Positions 30,157-39,907 of a stretch of DNA of 64,000 nucleotides are shown here, in pieces. A program made the translations under genes and the position numbers. A model generated the notes under the pieces. It did no database searches and had not been told where the DNA came from. It saw only the letters and a list, made by a program, of their open reading frames with translations. Location of the stretch: assembly GCA_002898395.1 (NCBI GenBank), contig BEHE01000006.1, positions 29,122-93,121 of the forward strand, given 5' to 3'. This DNA comes from Candidatus Calditenuaceae archaeon HR02. Lineage in GTDB: Archaea; Thermoproteota; Nitrososphaeria_A; Caldarchaeales; Calditenuaceae. Numbering within the stretch: the stretch's first letter is position 1; the number at the start of each line of letters is the position of its first letter.

Positions 30157-30719
30157 GTAGCGAGGAGCAGCAGGAGAGGACGAGGCAGCTTGCTGAGCTA
30201 AAGGCCTGGATTGAGCGGAGAGTAATCGAGCTGAGCCAGGAGCTTAACATGCTCAAGAGGATGGGAAGCTACGTAGACGAGCTGTTGGCCGAGCTGAGCT
30301 TCAGGAAGGCAGACACTCTGGCAAAGACCGTGGAGCAGCCTGCTCCAACCCCCCCGCAGGCCCAGGCTGAGAGGCCCATGGTCCGCTCAATAAGGGGTAG
30401 GACGGGGGCCAACCTCGCGACCGTAAGCTACACCAAGGACGAGGTAAGGTTCCAGCTAAGCCCCGGAGTGGAGCTTAGAGGCGACGACAAGCCCTTCACA
30501 TCCTTCCTCCTCAGAAAGGTGCTTGACCAGATGGTTGAGGCTGATAGGAGGAGGGCGGAGACAGGCGAGATCGACCCTGAGAAGGTTCTGAGCTACGAGA
30601 TAGTCTACGACGGGGACAGGGTCAAGGAGATACTTGTGAGGAATTATCGGGAGGATTCTAGGCTGAGGGAGCTAATAAGCTCGGTTAGGTGGACGCTCGA
30701 GACGGTCTCAACCCGGTAG
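30153..30719 (+). CDS. conserved hypothetical protein with N-terminal coiled coil
   Basis: Frame open from 30153 (CTG overlapping the lig stop); track start 30249; C-terminal VRWTLE pattern. Confidence 0.7.
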   Translation: MSSEEQQERTRQLAELKAWIERRVIELSQELNMLKRMGSYVDELLAELSFRKADTLAKTVEQPAPTPPQAQAERPMVRSIRGRTGANLATVSYTKDEVRFQLSPGVELRGDDKPFTSFLLRKVLDQMVEADRRRAETGEIDPEKVLSYEIVYDGDRVKEILVRNYREDSRLRELISSVRWTLETVSTR

Positions 30720-30789
30720 TGTGCAGGCCTTCTGAGAGGCGCAATACTTATCAAAGCGTCTCTCCGTCATCTGGGCAGACCTGCAAAAT

Positions 30790-33570
30790 ATGAGGGGGAT
30801 AGCTCTCGCAATCACAGCGGTCCTCGCCATCCTCGCCTGGATACTGCTCAACACACAAACAGCCGAGGCCGCACAGATAACCATAACGGTCCAGGACTTC
30901 CATGGAAACCCCCTCCCAGGAGCCTACGTCTGCCTAAAAAACGCGACAGCCTGTTATCAGAGCATCACCAACAACAACGGCGTAGCAACATTCAACGACA
31001 TGAACCCCAAAGGGGTATACGAGCTAAACGTGACATATCGCGGTGTGATGGTCAGACAATTCAATCCCTGGAACTACAGCGATTCTGCCTCTCCTAAGAC
31101 CATTAAGACCGGCGTCTTCAATGTTAAGGTCTGTGTCGTGTCGTGGGATGGGGTCCAGCCCGTACAGGGCGCCACCGTGGAAGTGAGATCGGATGTGACA
31201 GATCCCGACGTAAATGTGGAGCAACAGACTGGCAGCGATGGGTGCGCAACCTTCCCAAGACTCCCCGGGAACGATACCTTATACATTTACAACTCCACCT
31301 ACAGCCACCAAGTCTTCCAACTCCAGATTAAAAGTAGCGAAAACACAGTCAACCTAAACGAGGCCAACTATAACAACATCGCCATCACGCTCCCCCTCTA
31401 CCGTCTCCGCCTCACACTCCAGGACAGGGAGGGGAGACCCATTCAGGGCATCCAGACCCTGCTATGGCGGGAGGAGAGGTCGGGCCAGCCCCAGATGACT
31501 GCAACGAGCGGCTCAGACGGGGTCGTAGTCTTCAGCCTGCTCCCTCAGGGCCGATACATCTACGAAGTCGTGTATAAGGAAGACACGGTATATGCTGTAG
31601 ACCCACCCGAATTGGTTGCTGCTAACCGTGACAGAGGGCCTATCAGGCTTCCGCTCACACGCCTGACGGTGGAGGTTTATGACCTCAAGAACAAGCCCCT
31701 AACCGCATATAGCAGAAGCTACCAGCTAGCCGCAAGACTGTACGTAGACGCTAGGCTCTATCTCGAGGTCAGCGAGGGCAGCGGGGTCATCAGCATGGGA
31801 TACGTCTATGATGAGAGGGATTATCGCCTGACGCTACTGTTCGAGGGCCAGGAGGTCGCCTCAAGCATCCTACAAAGCGACGATATACAGACAGGGAGGG
31901 TTAGGGTCCAAGCCAGATTCGGAGATTTCACAATCACTCTGGACAGCTCAGGATTCTTCGGGAACCTCCCAAGAATCATCGCACAGAAATCTATCATAAG
32001 GCTCTCGGCAGGCGGATACCAGCTCACCGAGCCATTCAGTGGTGGGGGCGCCGTAACCCTCCGCGACCAGCCAATCGTGAGATACAGCTATACGATCATA
32101 CTTGACGGCGCGGTGATCGGAGAGGGCGAGTTAACACCCACGCACGGGGCATCCAGCACTGTTAGGCCAAACTCCCACACCGTCTCGGCTCGCGCGTTGT
32201 CTCTAGACGAGAAGCCAGTCGCAGGAGTCATTAAAATATTCTATGGAGGCGAGACCTTGGGAACCGTAGACATCGCACGCGAGGGAGGCCGGATTGAGGG
32301 CCTGGCCAAGCTATCCTACAGGTACTCCTTCACCTACATGGGGGTCGAGGTTGCATCAGGCAACCTAGAAGCCGAGGCTGTCGGGGCGGGTGATCTCTTC
32401 ATAAGGGCTGGAGTCGCCGATGTCCATGCGAAGATACTAGATAACGCAGGGGAGAACCCACTCGCCGGCGCGGTAGCCACACTCACAGTAGCATCCTACA
32501 AACAAGACTCCCTGACGGATGGGGAGGGGCTCGTATCCTTCCCAGACGCACCCCTCACCACAGGCACAATCACGATACACTATCAGGGCGTGAAGGTCTA
32601 CTCAGCGCCTATCACCTACTCCCCCGAGCAGAGGAGTGTTGAGATACGGAATACAGGCGTCTACACCATGACATTCAGGATACTCGACGGCGAAGGCGAC
32701 CCGCTGGCAGGCGCGGAGTTCAAGCTAAAAGTCGGGACACTATCAGTTGCGGAGACGCTTAGGGAGGGCGGCGAGCTCACTCTGAAGCTCATTCCCAACG
32801 GGACGCTCTCACTATCGGTTAACTACATGGGTGTGGGCGTCTATACAGGCTCCCACCGCCCCATCATGAATGGTGAGCTGGTGGAGATTGTCGCTAAGGT
32901 CTACAGGCTCCAGGTCGAGGTGTATGCGGTGGGGATGGAGGGGAGGGAGCTGCTGAGGGGCGCCCAGCTCCTATTTGAGAGGGAGGAGAGGAGGCTCGCG
33001 GAGGCCAGCATGGACAGTGGGACAGCTACACTGAGGCTCCCAGCCGGAGACTACACCATCCGAGTCAACTATAAGGGGGTGCCCGTGGCCGACAGACTCA
33101 TATCACTAACCGGCACGCAGAAGGTGGTCATAGATGCCGCCGTATACGAGTTTGCCGTAAAGATCTTTGGACTAGACGGCAATCCCGCAGCGAACCTCAC
33201 GGTCAAGCTTCTAAGGGAGGGCTCAGAAGAGCCGATAGAAGAGCTTAAGACAAACAGCGAGGGCGCCGCATCCATGGTAATCCCCGGCGGCCTGTACAAC
33301 ATAGTATACGGGGACGGAGGAGCCACAAACACTGTGAGGATTCCGGTCAAGTCTGCGTCGAGCCAAACTCTCCTATACGGTGAAGCACGCTCCAACAGTC
33401 TCTATCCACTCATCGCGGCTCCAGCACTAGTTGCATTATCTATATATGGACTACTAAACTCCTTCAGGGTAAAGCATAGGGCAAGACAACCCAGCACACA
33501 GCCCAGAGAGAGGAGAGGAGCATCGGAATGGGTTCGGAGGAGCAGGGAAAAATTGAGAAAGAACGTCTAA
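30790..33570 (+). CDS. large cell-surface protein with repeated carboxypeptidase-regulatory-like beta-sandwich domains
   Basis: Signal peptide, repeated D..G.PL.GA.V and T...G...F..LP.G.Y...V.Y.G motifs, C-terminal TM. Confidence 0.8.
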   Translation: MRGIALAITAVLAILAWILLNTQTAEAAQITITVQDFHGNPLPGAYVCLKNATACYQSITNNNGVATFNDMNPKGVYELNVTYRGVMVRQFNPWNYSDSASPKTIKTGVFNVKVCVVSWDGVQPVQGATVEVRSDVTDPDVNVEQQTGSDGCATFPRLPGNDTLYIYNSTYSHQVFQLQIKSSENTVNLNEANYNNIAITLPLYRLRLTLQDREGRPIQGIQTLLWREERSGQPQMTATSGSDGVVVFSLLPQGRYIYEVVYKEDTVYAVDPPELVAANRDRGPIRLPLTRLTVEVYDLKNKPLTAYSRSYQLAARLYVDARLYLEVSEGSGVISMGYVYDERDYRLTLLFEGQEVASSILQSDDIQTGRVRVQARFGDFTITLDSSGFFGNLPRIIAQKSIIRLSAGGYQLTEPFSGGGAVTLRDQPIVRYSYTIILDGAVIGEGELTPTHGASSTVRPNSHTVSARALSLDEKPVAGVIKIFYGGETLGTVDIAREGGRIEGLAKLSYRYSFTYMGVEVASGNLEAEAVGAGDLFIRAGVADVHAKILDNAGENPLAGAVATLTVASYKQDSLTDGEGLVSFPDAPLTTGTITIHYQGVKVYSAPITYSPEQRSVEIRNTGVYTMTFRILDGEGDPLAGAEFKLKVGTLSVAETLREGGELTLKLIPNGTLSLSVNYMGVGVYTGSHRPIMNGELVEIVAKVYRLQVEVYAVGMEGRELLRGAQLLFEREERRLAEASMDSGTATLRLPAGDYTIRVNYKGVPVADRLISLTGTQKVVIDAAVYEFAVKIFGLDGNPAANLTVKLLREGSEEPIEELKTNSEGAASMVIPGGLYNIVYGDGGATNTVRIPVKSASSQTLLYGEARSNSLYPLIAAPALVALSIYGLLNSFRVKHRARQPSTQPRERRGASEWVRRSREKLRKNV

Positions 33571-34109
33571 GCCGCGGCCGACGGCTAGCCAGGTCGCTCA
33601 TACCGCTCATCCTCGCTGTGGGGCTCGCGCTTTTAGGCTACCTCCTTTTGGGAGCATTGATGAGAACCGATACACCTTTAGTTGTCGTCCCGACCGGGAG
33701 CATGCGTCCCACAATAGAGGTGGGGGACATTCTCCTAATCCAGGGCGTGAAGCCTGATGAGATAGCCGCAGACCCTGTCCACGGAGATGTTATAGTCTTC
33801 TGGCAGCCGGGAGGTAACGTGAGAATAGTTCACAGGGCGATAGGGAAGACAGATTATGGCGTAATCACGAAGGGCGACGCAAACGCTTACCCAGACTTCT
33901 TCTCACCAGTCCCCTACAGCTTGATCGTTGGAAAGTGGACGGGGGTCAAGATACCGGCTTGGACAGGAGTAGGCTACATAGCCCTCATACTTAGGGGCGA
34001 GCTCTACCCACCACTCGGCCAGATAATCTGGATCACAATAATCCTCGCCAACATACTCCTGATAGCTAGGGAGGTATTTTCCTCTCCAAAGAGTAAAGCC
34101 TCTCCCTGA
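33528..34109 (+). CDS. signal peptidase I (archaeal Sec11 type)
   Basis: VVPTGSMRPT, GD, IVHR, TKGDAN. Confidence 0.92.
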   Translation: MGSEEQGKIEKERLSRGRRLARSLIPLILAVGLALLGYLLLGALMRTDTPLVVVPTGSMRPTIEVGDILLIQGVKPDEIAADPVHGDVIVFWQPGGNVRIVHRAIGKTDYGVITKGDANAYPDFFSPVPYSLIVGKWTGVKIPAWTGVGYIALILRGELYPPLGQIIWITIILANILLIAREVFSSPKSKASP

Positions 34110-34836
34110 CGGCTCCGACCAGCTGCCCCAGCCTGCCACCGCCCGCAAGCCTGGCTGAGTCTTCTATGAAGACTCGGGCCTCTGAGAGGAGTCTGAGGGC
34201 CTCGTCACGCCTATTCATGCCGAGGAAGGGCTCAACCCTAGAGAGCCTCACAGCAGCCTCTACCAAGAGGGCGGCGGAGCGAGAATAGGGCCTCGCAGGA
34301 GCAGGCCTATACTTGAGGGACTGGGGGGAGGCGCGGACTTGAAGCCAGACATCACCACGCACAACCTCATCAACTAGGAACTCGGAGACAGCCGACGCCT
34401 CGCACAGGACCGGCACACCCAACACCTCACCCAAACCAAAGCTCATAGGCACAACACTAAGGTCGAGTGCAGCCTCGACGATATACTCAGGAGAAGCAAT
34501 ATTCACCGCGCCACGCCCCGTCCTCAAGATGTTCCGCGCAGTCTGAGACTCGACATGAGGCTTCAGAAGGAACGCAAGGGACCTAGAGACGACCCTGCAC
34601 CCCATCGCCGAGGCATGTGGAGAACCATCCTCGTTAAAGGTAGTAACCACAACCTCGTAGTGAACACCCTCCTCAAAGCCCAGCACATCAAAGAGGTTCG
34701 ACGGATGCGCAATAACCCAGCCAGACACACTCAGACCGTCCAAGCCCGAGTACCACCTCGAAAAAGCAGCTGAGCAGATAAAGCTACACAACAATTTAAG
34801 TGAGAGTTGTCGTATGGATATGCGGTTTGGTGACAA
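34066..34836 (-). CDS. DUF447-family protein
   Basis: EVVVTT...G.PHASAMG, TARNI, R....LVEAAV..SR; true start probably downstream of the track start. Confidence 0.7.
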   Translation of the reverse strand: MSPNRISIRQLSLKLLCSFICSAAFSRWYSGLDGLSVSGWVIAHPSNLFDVLGFEEGVHYEVVVTTFNEDGSPHASAMGCRVVSRSLAFLLKPHVESQTARNILRTGRGAVNIASPEYIVEAALDLSVVPMSFGLGEVLGVPVLCEASAVSEFLVDEVVRGDVWLQVRASPQSLKYRPAPARPYSRSAALLVEAAVRLSRVEPFLGMNRRDEALRLLSEARVFIEDSARLAGGGRLGQLVGAVRERLYSLERKIPP

Positions 34837-34859
34837 GCGTATCCTACACCACGGCTCTA

Positions 34860-34980
34860 TCCGTAGCGAGCCTCAGGAACGTGGTTACGGTGATGGTCTC
34901 TCCCCAAGCCCGAGGATTTGGTGGATGAACAGGGTCTATAACGAATACTTCAACGAGAGGCTTACACCCGTTTGACCATG
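34860..34980 (+). pseudogene. RidA/YjgF-family remnant
   Basis: Frameshifted fragments ASLRNVVTVMV and MNRVYNEYF. Confidence 0.5.
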
Positions 34981-35070
34981 GCCATAAACACACCTAGTGA
35001 GGGGCTCCTAGAAATATATTTCATATCATAGCGTATCTAGGGCTGACGGTGTAGTAGTCTCTTGCATAAG

Positions 35071-36064
35071 TTGAGGGCTGGAGTCGTCGGGGTAGGTTCT
35101 TTCGGCGCCCTCCACGCAAGAGCATATTTTGAAAACCCTTCAACAGAGCTGGTGGCCGTAGCCGACATAGACTAGGCAAGGGCTGGAGGGGTAGCAATGC
35201 GATACGGTGCAAAATCCTACACCGATTATGAGGAGATGTATAGGTCTGAGAGGCTGGACTTGGTATCTGTGGCCACCCCAGATAACCTCCACGTCGACCC
35301 AGCTGTGAAAGCCACTGAGTCAGGCACTCATGTCTTGGTGGGGAAGCCTATAGCGATGATTCTCGAGGATGCAGATCGGATAATCGCTTCAGTGGCGAGG
35401 AATAATGTAAAGCTCATGGTCAACTTTATACTTCGATTCGACCCACGTTGCAGAGTTGCTTACGAGTTTGTCTCTTCGGGCTGTATCGGGGATGTGATGA
35501 CCATGCAGGATGGGCGTACAACGCTCCTGGAGACAGCTAGAAAATATGGGAAGTTCTCTAATCTTCTCTACGATGTTATCATTCACGAAATAGACATGTT
35601 CAATCTAATGTCCCAGTCGGAGCCGTGTCAAGCCTACTGTGTCAGGGTTAGAAGGGCGTGTAGAGAGCTGGGTGTTGACGACCCATACCTTGGGATACTC
35701 AGACATACAAATGGCGCTGCGGCTTCGTTCGAGACGAGCTGGATTCTTCCCACATCAAGCCTCTACTGGCTTGATGCAAGGCTACACATAGTAGGGACCG
35801 CCGGGGCCATATACATCGATCTTCAATCCCACGGCCTGGAGGTTGTGGAGGATGTGAAACTCTTAAAGACCCGACCTTTCTAACTGGCCCGTGGTTGGTG
35901 GAGGGCTTATGGGTAATCTTAGGGAGTCGATAAACCATTTCGTTGACTGCGTGGCTGGAGATAAAGAGCCTTGGCCGGGTGGTGCCGATGCTAGGGAGGC
36001 TTTGGCTGTTGTGCCTGCATTATTAGAGTCGGCTGAGTCGGAGATGCCGGTAGCACCGGGTTAG
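35071..36064 (+). pseudogene. Gfo/Idh/MocA-family oxidoreductase, disrupted
   Basis: MRAGVVGVGSFGALHA..AVADID* then continues in the 35197 ORF (VATPDNLH, GKPIA, IHEID); C-terminus frameshifted. Confidence 0.8.
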
Positions 36065-36072
36065 ATGAGACC

Positions 36073-37062
36073 ATGAGCCTCGAAGAGATCAGTAATGTGA
36101 TACGCAGTCTGACGGGTGGAGAGATTTTGGGGCTGAAACCCCTCAGCGGCGGCGTATCCTGCATGGTCTATCTAGTCTCCACGTCGAGAGGGAGGTGGGT
36201 GGTGAAGAAGGCTCTTCCCAGACTTATGGTCCAGGATGAGTGAGTTGCCGATGTTAACAGGATCTTCCGGGAGTCTGCCTGTCTTAAAGCCATCAGAGAG
36301 CTGGTGGATGAGGACGCGGCTCCCAAGGTTTTCCTAGAGGATAGGCAGCACTACATGTTTGTGATGGAATATGGTGAGGGTGGTGTTACTTGGAAGGAGA
36401 TGCTTATGAAGGGGAGGGTAGAGCCATCGACAACCTACCGTGTCGCACACATATTGGCTAAACTTCACACCAACAGCCGTGGACTGGAGTGGGTGAGAGA
36501 AGAATTCTCAGAGGCCACCAACTTTCACCAGCTGAGGATAGATCCATACATCCTGCATACATTGAGAAAACACCCTGATATCGCTGGCCAGCTCCATGAG
36601 ATAGCGGATATCCTTCAGACGAGAAAGATGTGTCTGGTCCACGGTGATTATAGCCCGAAGAATATTCTCCATCTGTCCGACGGTAGGCTCTGGGTTCTAG
36701 ACTGCGAGCCGGCCCACTACGGTCATCCATCCTTCGATATAGCCTTCTGCGCCAACCATCTACTCCTCAAGTCTATCCACTTCAACGATCCTGTATATCT
36801 GCGGGAGGCGAGGAGGCTCTGGACAGAGTATTGGCGTGGCGTGGACTTGGATGGAAAAAGTGTGCTGGAGAGGGAGGCAGCTATGATTCTCTCAGCCTTG
36901 ATGTTAGCGCGTGTTGACGGCAAATCGCCGGTTGAGTATCTATCCGAGGAGAATAGGGCTAGAACCCGCCTCCTAGCTAAGAAGATCATAAGGGATAGGG
37001 TGGATAGCTTCGAAGAGCTTAGCAGTAGGGTTGAGGAGGAGATAAGATGTGAGAATATCTGA
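36073..37062 (+). pseudogene. APH / methylthioribose-kinase-like phosphotransferase with in-frame TGA
   Basis: LSGGVS..VVKKALPRL..DE*VAD (TGA at 36241), then HGDYSPKN and LDCEPAHYG. Confidence 0.8.
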
Positions 37063-38335
37063 CGTCAAAGCCATCGAGGTTCTAGGCTCGCGTGGATTCC
37101 CCACAGTTGAGGCGGCTGTATGGATAGAAGATAGATATGTAGGCTCGGCGATTGCCCCGGCTGGCGCCTCCAAAGGAAGCCATGAGGCCTTTGAGCTGCG
37201 GGATGGGGAGAGGCGCTGGATGGGCCGTGGTGTCAGGAAGGCGGTACATAACGTCAATACTGTAATCCGGAAGGCCTTGATAGGTGTTGAGGCTGAGCAT
37301 GTGGATGATGTGTTGCTGAGCCTTGACGATAGCGGGAACAAATCTAAACTCGGGGCCAACGCAGTACTGGCGGTATCTCTGGCCTCGGCTAGAGCTGCTG
37401 CAAATTACAAGGGGATACCATTATACCGTTATATCCAAGGACTTACAGGGGCTAAGCCAGTTATCCCAACTCCTATGGTTAACATGATAAGTGGTGGCCA
37501 TCACGCTGCTTGGAATCTAGACCTCCAAGACCTCTTGATAATACCCCTCAAAGCTGAAAACTTCAGCCAGGCATTGGAGTATGTGGGCCTGGTATATCAC
37601 ACCCTTAAAAGGACCCTTGCGGAGAGGGGCTATTCAACACTGCTGGCTGATGAGGGAGGGTTTAGCCCCAGATGTAGAAGCCATGAGGAGGCCTTCGAGT
37701 TACTCCTCACCTCCATCGAGGAGTCTGGGTTTAAGCCTGGCCACGACATCGGCGTAGCGGTAGATGTTGCCGCAACCCACCTCTACAGCGCGGGTTTCTA
37801 TAACCTGCGCCTCGAAAACCTGCGCCTCAGTCCTGGGGAGATGGTTGACTACATTACCCGACTATGCGAGAGATATCCAATCATATCTGTAGAAGACGGA
37901 TGCTCTGAAGACGACTGGGACGGGTGGAGAAATCTCACAAAGAGGCTGGGCGGAAGAGTCCAGCTGCTGGGAGACGACCCTTTCACGACAGATGTCAAAA
38001 GGATAAGGAGGGGTGTTGAAGAGGGCGTGGCCAACTCAGTTCTTATCAAGCCCAACCAGGTGGGAACGCTGAGAGAGACTCTAGAGGCCGTGAAATACTG
38101 CTTTAAGGTTGGATATACGCCGGTTGTGTCAGCTAGGTCGGGAGATACGGAGGACAGCTTCATTTCAGACCTTGCCGTAGGTGCCGGCGTAACACAGATA
38201 AAAATAGGCTCTATTGCCAGATCAGAGAGGACATCAAAATATAATAGGCTGCTCCGGATCGAGGATGAGCTATCGGGGGCGGCGGAGTACCTAGCTGTGA
38301 AGTCGATGAGACTCCCCCGCCACCCGATTGGATAG
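37049..38335 (+). CDS. enolase-like protein (divergent)
   Basis: SRG.PTVE, GAS.G..EA.ELRDG, DEGGF, GDD, LIKPNQ, SARSGDTED, ERTSKYNRLLRIE. Confidence 0.85.
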   Translation: MRISDVKAIEVLGSRGFPTVEAAVWIEDRYVGSAIAPAGASKGSHEAFELRDGERRWMGRGVRKAVHNVNTVIRKALIGVEAEHVDDVLLSLDDSGNKSKLGANAVLAVSLASARAAANYKGIPLYRYIQGLTGAKPVIPTPMVNMISGGHHAAWNLDLQDLLIIPLKAENFSQALEYVGLVYHTLKRTLAERGYSTLLADEGGFSPRCRSHEEAFELLLTSIEESGFKPGHDIGVAVDVAATHLYSAGFYNLRLENLRLSPGEMVDYITRLCERYPIISVEDGCSEDDWDGWRNLTKRLGGRVQLLGDDPFTTDVKRIRRGVEEGVANSVLIKPNQVGTLRETLEAVKYCFKVGYTPVVSARSGDTEDSFISDLAVGAGVTQIKIGSIARSERTSKYNRLLRIEDELSGAAEYLAVKSMRLPRHPIG

Positions 38336-38665
38336 GACGCCGACCGCCTCGGCGCGTATTTCTACGATGGAACATCCCTCTACTTTCCTTTCCGACCTAC
38401 TAGGGCGGCCACCCTTAGTCTTCTATTGTGGGGTGGCGGGAGGGAGGGTTGGGCTTTGAGGCGGCTCGCGCAAGCCGACGGATGTGTGGGCGGGACGGTA
38501 TATGTCTGAGGGTTTCAATTATTAGTGATAGTGGGCTGGTGGGAAAGGCAAATACACATTCATCAAGCTTCTAGTGAAACTTGAGTTGGACGATTCAGGT
38601 GACAGGATAGAGTATAGGCCACTCTGATACAAGCATTTAATAGACACCGCCGACTACTAGGGAGC

Positions 38666-38968
38666 GTGGAAGCCAACCAGCGGGTCTACCACGTCACCAG
38701 CGGCGCCCAAGACCTCGAGAGAATACTCCTATCAGACGATACAGCCTCTAGAGCCAACATCGTCCTGAAGGACGCTAAACTACTCCTCGGCCGCGAGGGC
38801 TACTACATCAGGATAGTTGGGACTGAGGAGCAGCTGAGAAGGGTGGACGAGCTGCTAAGGGAGAAGGCGAGGCTCGTGGTGGGCGAGGAACTTGGCCAGG
38901 TCATCGCAAAGATGAGGGAGGAGGACGAGCGAGCACTTTCAGGCTTTGGGGGAATCTTCACGGAATAG
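38666..38968 (+). CDS. hypothetical protein
   Basis: 100-aa ORF with TATA-like tttaata near 38636; ends GFGGIF. Confidence 0.65.
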   Translation: MEANQRVYHVTSGAQDLERILLSDDTASRANIVLKDAKLLLGREGYYIRIVGTEEQLRRVDELLREKARLVVGEELGQVIAKMREEDERALSGFGGIFTE

Positions 38969-39023
38969 CCAAACCCTCAAAGATAAATCCAGCAGTCCAC
39001 ACAAACAATATATGCGGGGGCAA

Positions 39024-39153
39024 GCGGGGGTGGCCGAGCCAGGTCAAAGGCGGCGGCCTCAAGAACCCACCAAACAGGAAGAGGGAGCCGCTCCCGTAGG
39101 CCAGAGAAAAGTTGGGGCGGATGGGTTCGTGGGTTCGAATCCCACCCCCCGCA
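39024..39153 (+). tRNA. tRNA-Leu(CAA) with two introns (37/38 at 39064-39085; variable arm at 39100-39122)
   Basis: GCGGGGG/CCCCCGC acceptor stem, GCGGC-CT-CAA-G[intron]A-GCCGC; removing the second BHB intron gives TCCCGTAGGGGTTC. Confidence 0.9.
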
Positions 39154-39224
39154 CATCTTTATTTTTCTAGGGGTAGTTGGGAGGGTATTGTGGCTTGGTT
39201 GTAAGCGTGAAGCTAGGTTTGGAG

Positions 39225-39710
39225 GGGAAAAGAGGGGGGAGGGGTTGGTATTAGTCCTCCTTCTTCTGAGATATTCTTCTAGCCTTATCATTTTTCTATC
39301 AATGGTGAAGCCAACAGTCTCGTAGAACCTCTTATTAAAGCTCATGCATATCCTGACGTAATATTCGTCTTTCCTTCTTTTGCATAGTTTGCCTGTCTTT
39401 GGACCTCTTAATGGATTGCCAGCTAGAATGTGTTTCTTCGGCTCGTTTGTAGTTGACTCAATACCTACTTTCCTCTAGAGATATAGGACATGTGTCAGCA
39501 ACGCATAGTCAGTGTTGTCCACGAATATTTGACCATTTGTAGAAACACATCCCTCGCTGTCAAAGAACCCTCTCAGAAACACTGCAATGCATCTCTCACA
39601 GTGCTCAACGAATGTCTTGGACTTAACCCGGACCACCCATCTTCCTTCTTTATTTAGCCTTGGTATCGGCGGTTCTCTACCGAGGACGTTTGCCATTCTC
39701 CTGTTAAGCT
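39225..39710 (-). pseudogene. LAGLIDADG endonuclease remnant
   Basis: FLRGFFDSEG motif, internal stop and deletion; aligns with the 62856-63452 protein. Confidence 0.85.
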
Positions 39711-39815
39711 GAGACGATTGGGGCGGGGCGACCCGTGTTTACCTGCCTTCATTTGAGCTGGCTGAAACTCTCTCCCTCACCTATTCATAGAAATGGGGAA
39801 AACCGCAGGTAAATA

Positions 39816-39841
39816 CTAATGCGTAAAATTTTATGCATTAG
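39816..39841. promoter_or_regulatory. 26-bp near-perfect palindrome, candidate operator
   Basis: ctaatgcgtaaaa|ttttatgcattag, one mismatch, about 65 bp upstream of the oxidoreductase operon. Confidence 0.6.
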
Positions 39842-39907
39842 AATACATTAGTATACTTTTGCAGATTCATAAATAAATTTCTCTCAGCTTCCATTTAAAT
39901 TGAATTC

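Noticed and set aside
36241-36243. TGA recoding (selenocysteine or readthrough) in the kinase, also at 63534
   Set aside because: Positions look like Trp and Gly codons hit by single substitutions and neighbours are also decayed; simple nonsense mutations suffice
38340-38660. ncRNA in the intergenic gap after the enolase-like gene
   Set aside because: Only short weak hairpins; no SRP, RNase P or C/D box features recognised
38977-39345. 122-aa ORF spanning tRNA-Leu on the minus strand as a real gene
   Set aside because: It is the LAGLIDADG remnant C-terminus reading through into antisense tRNA sequence
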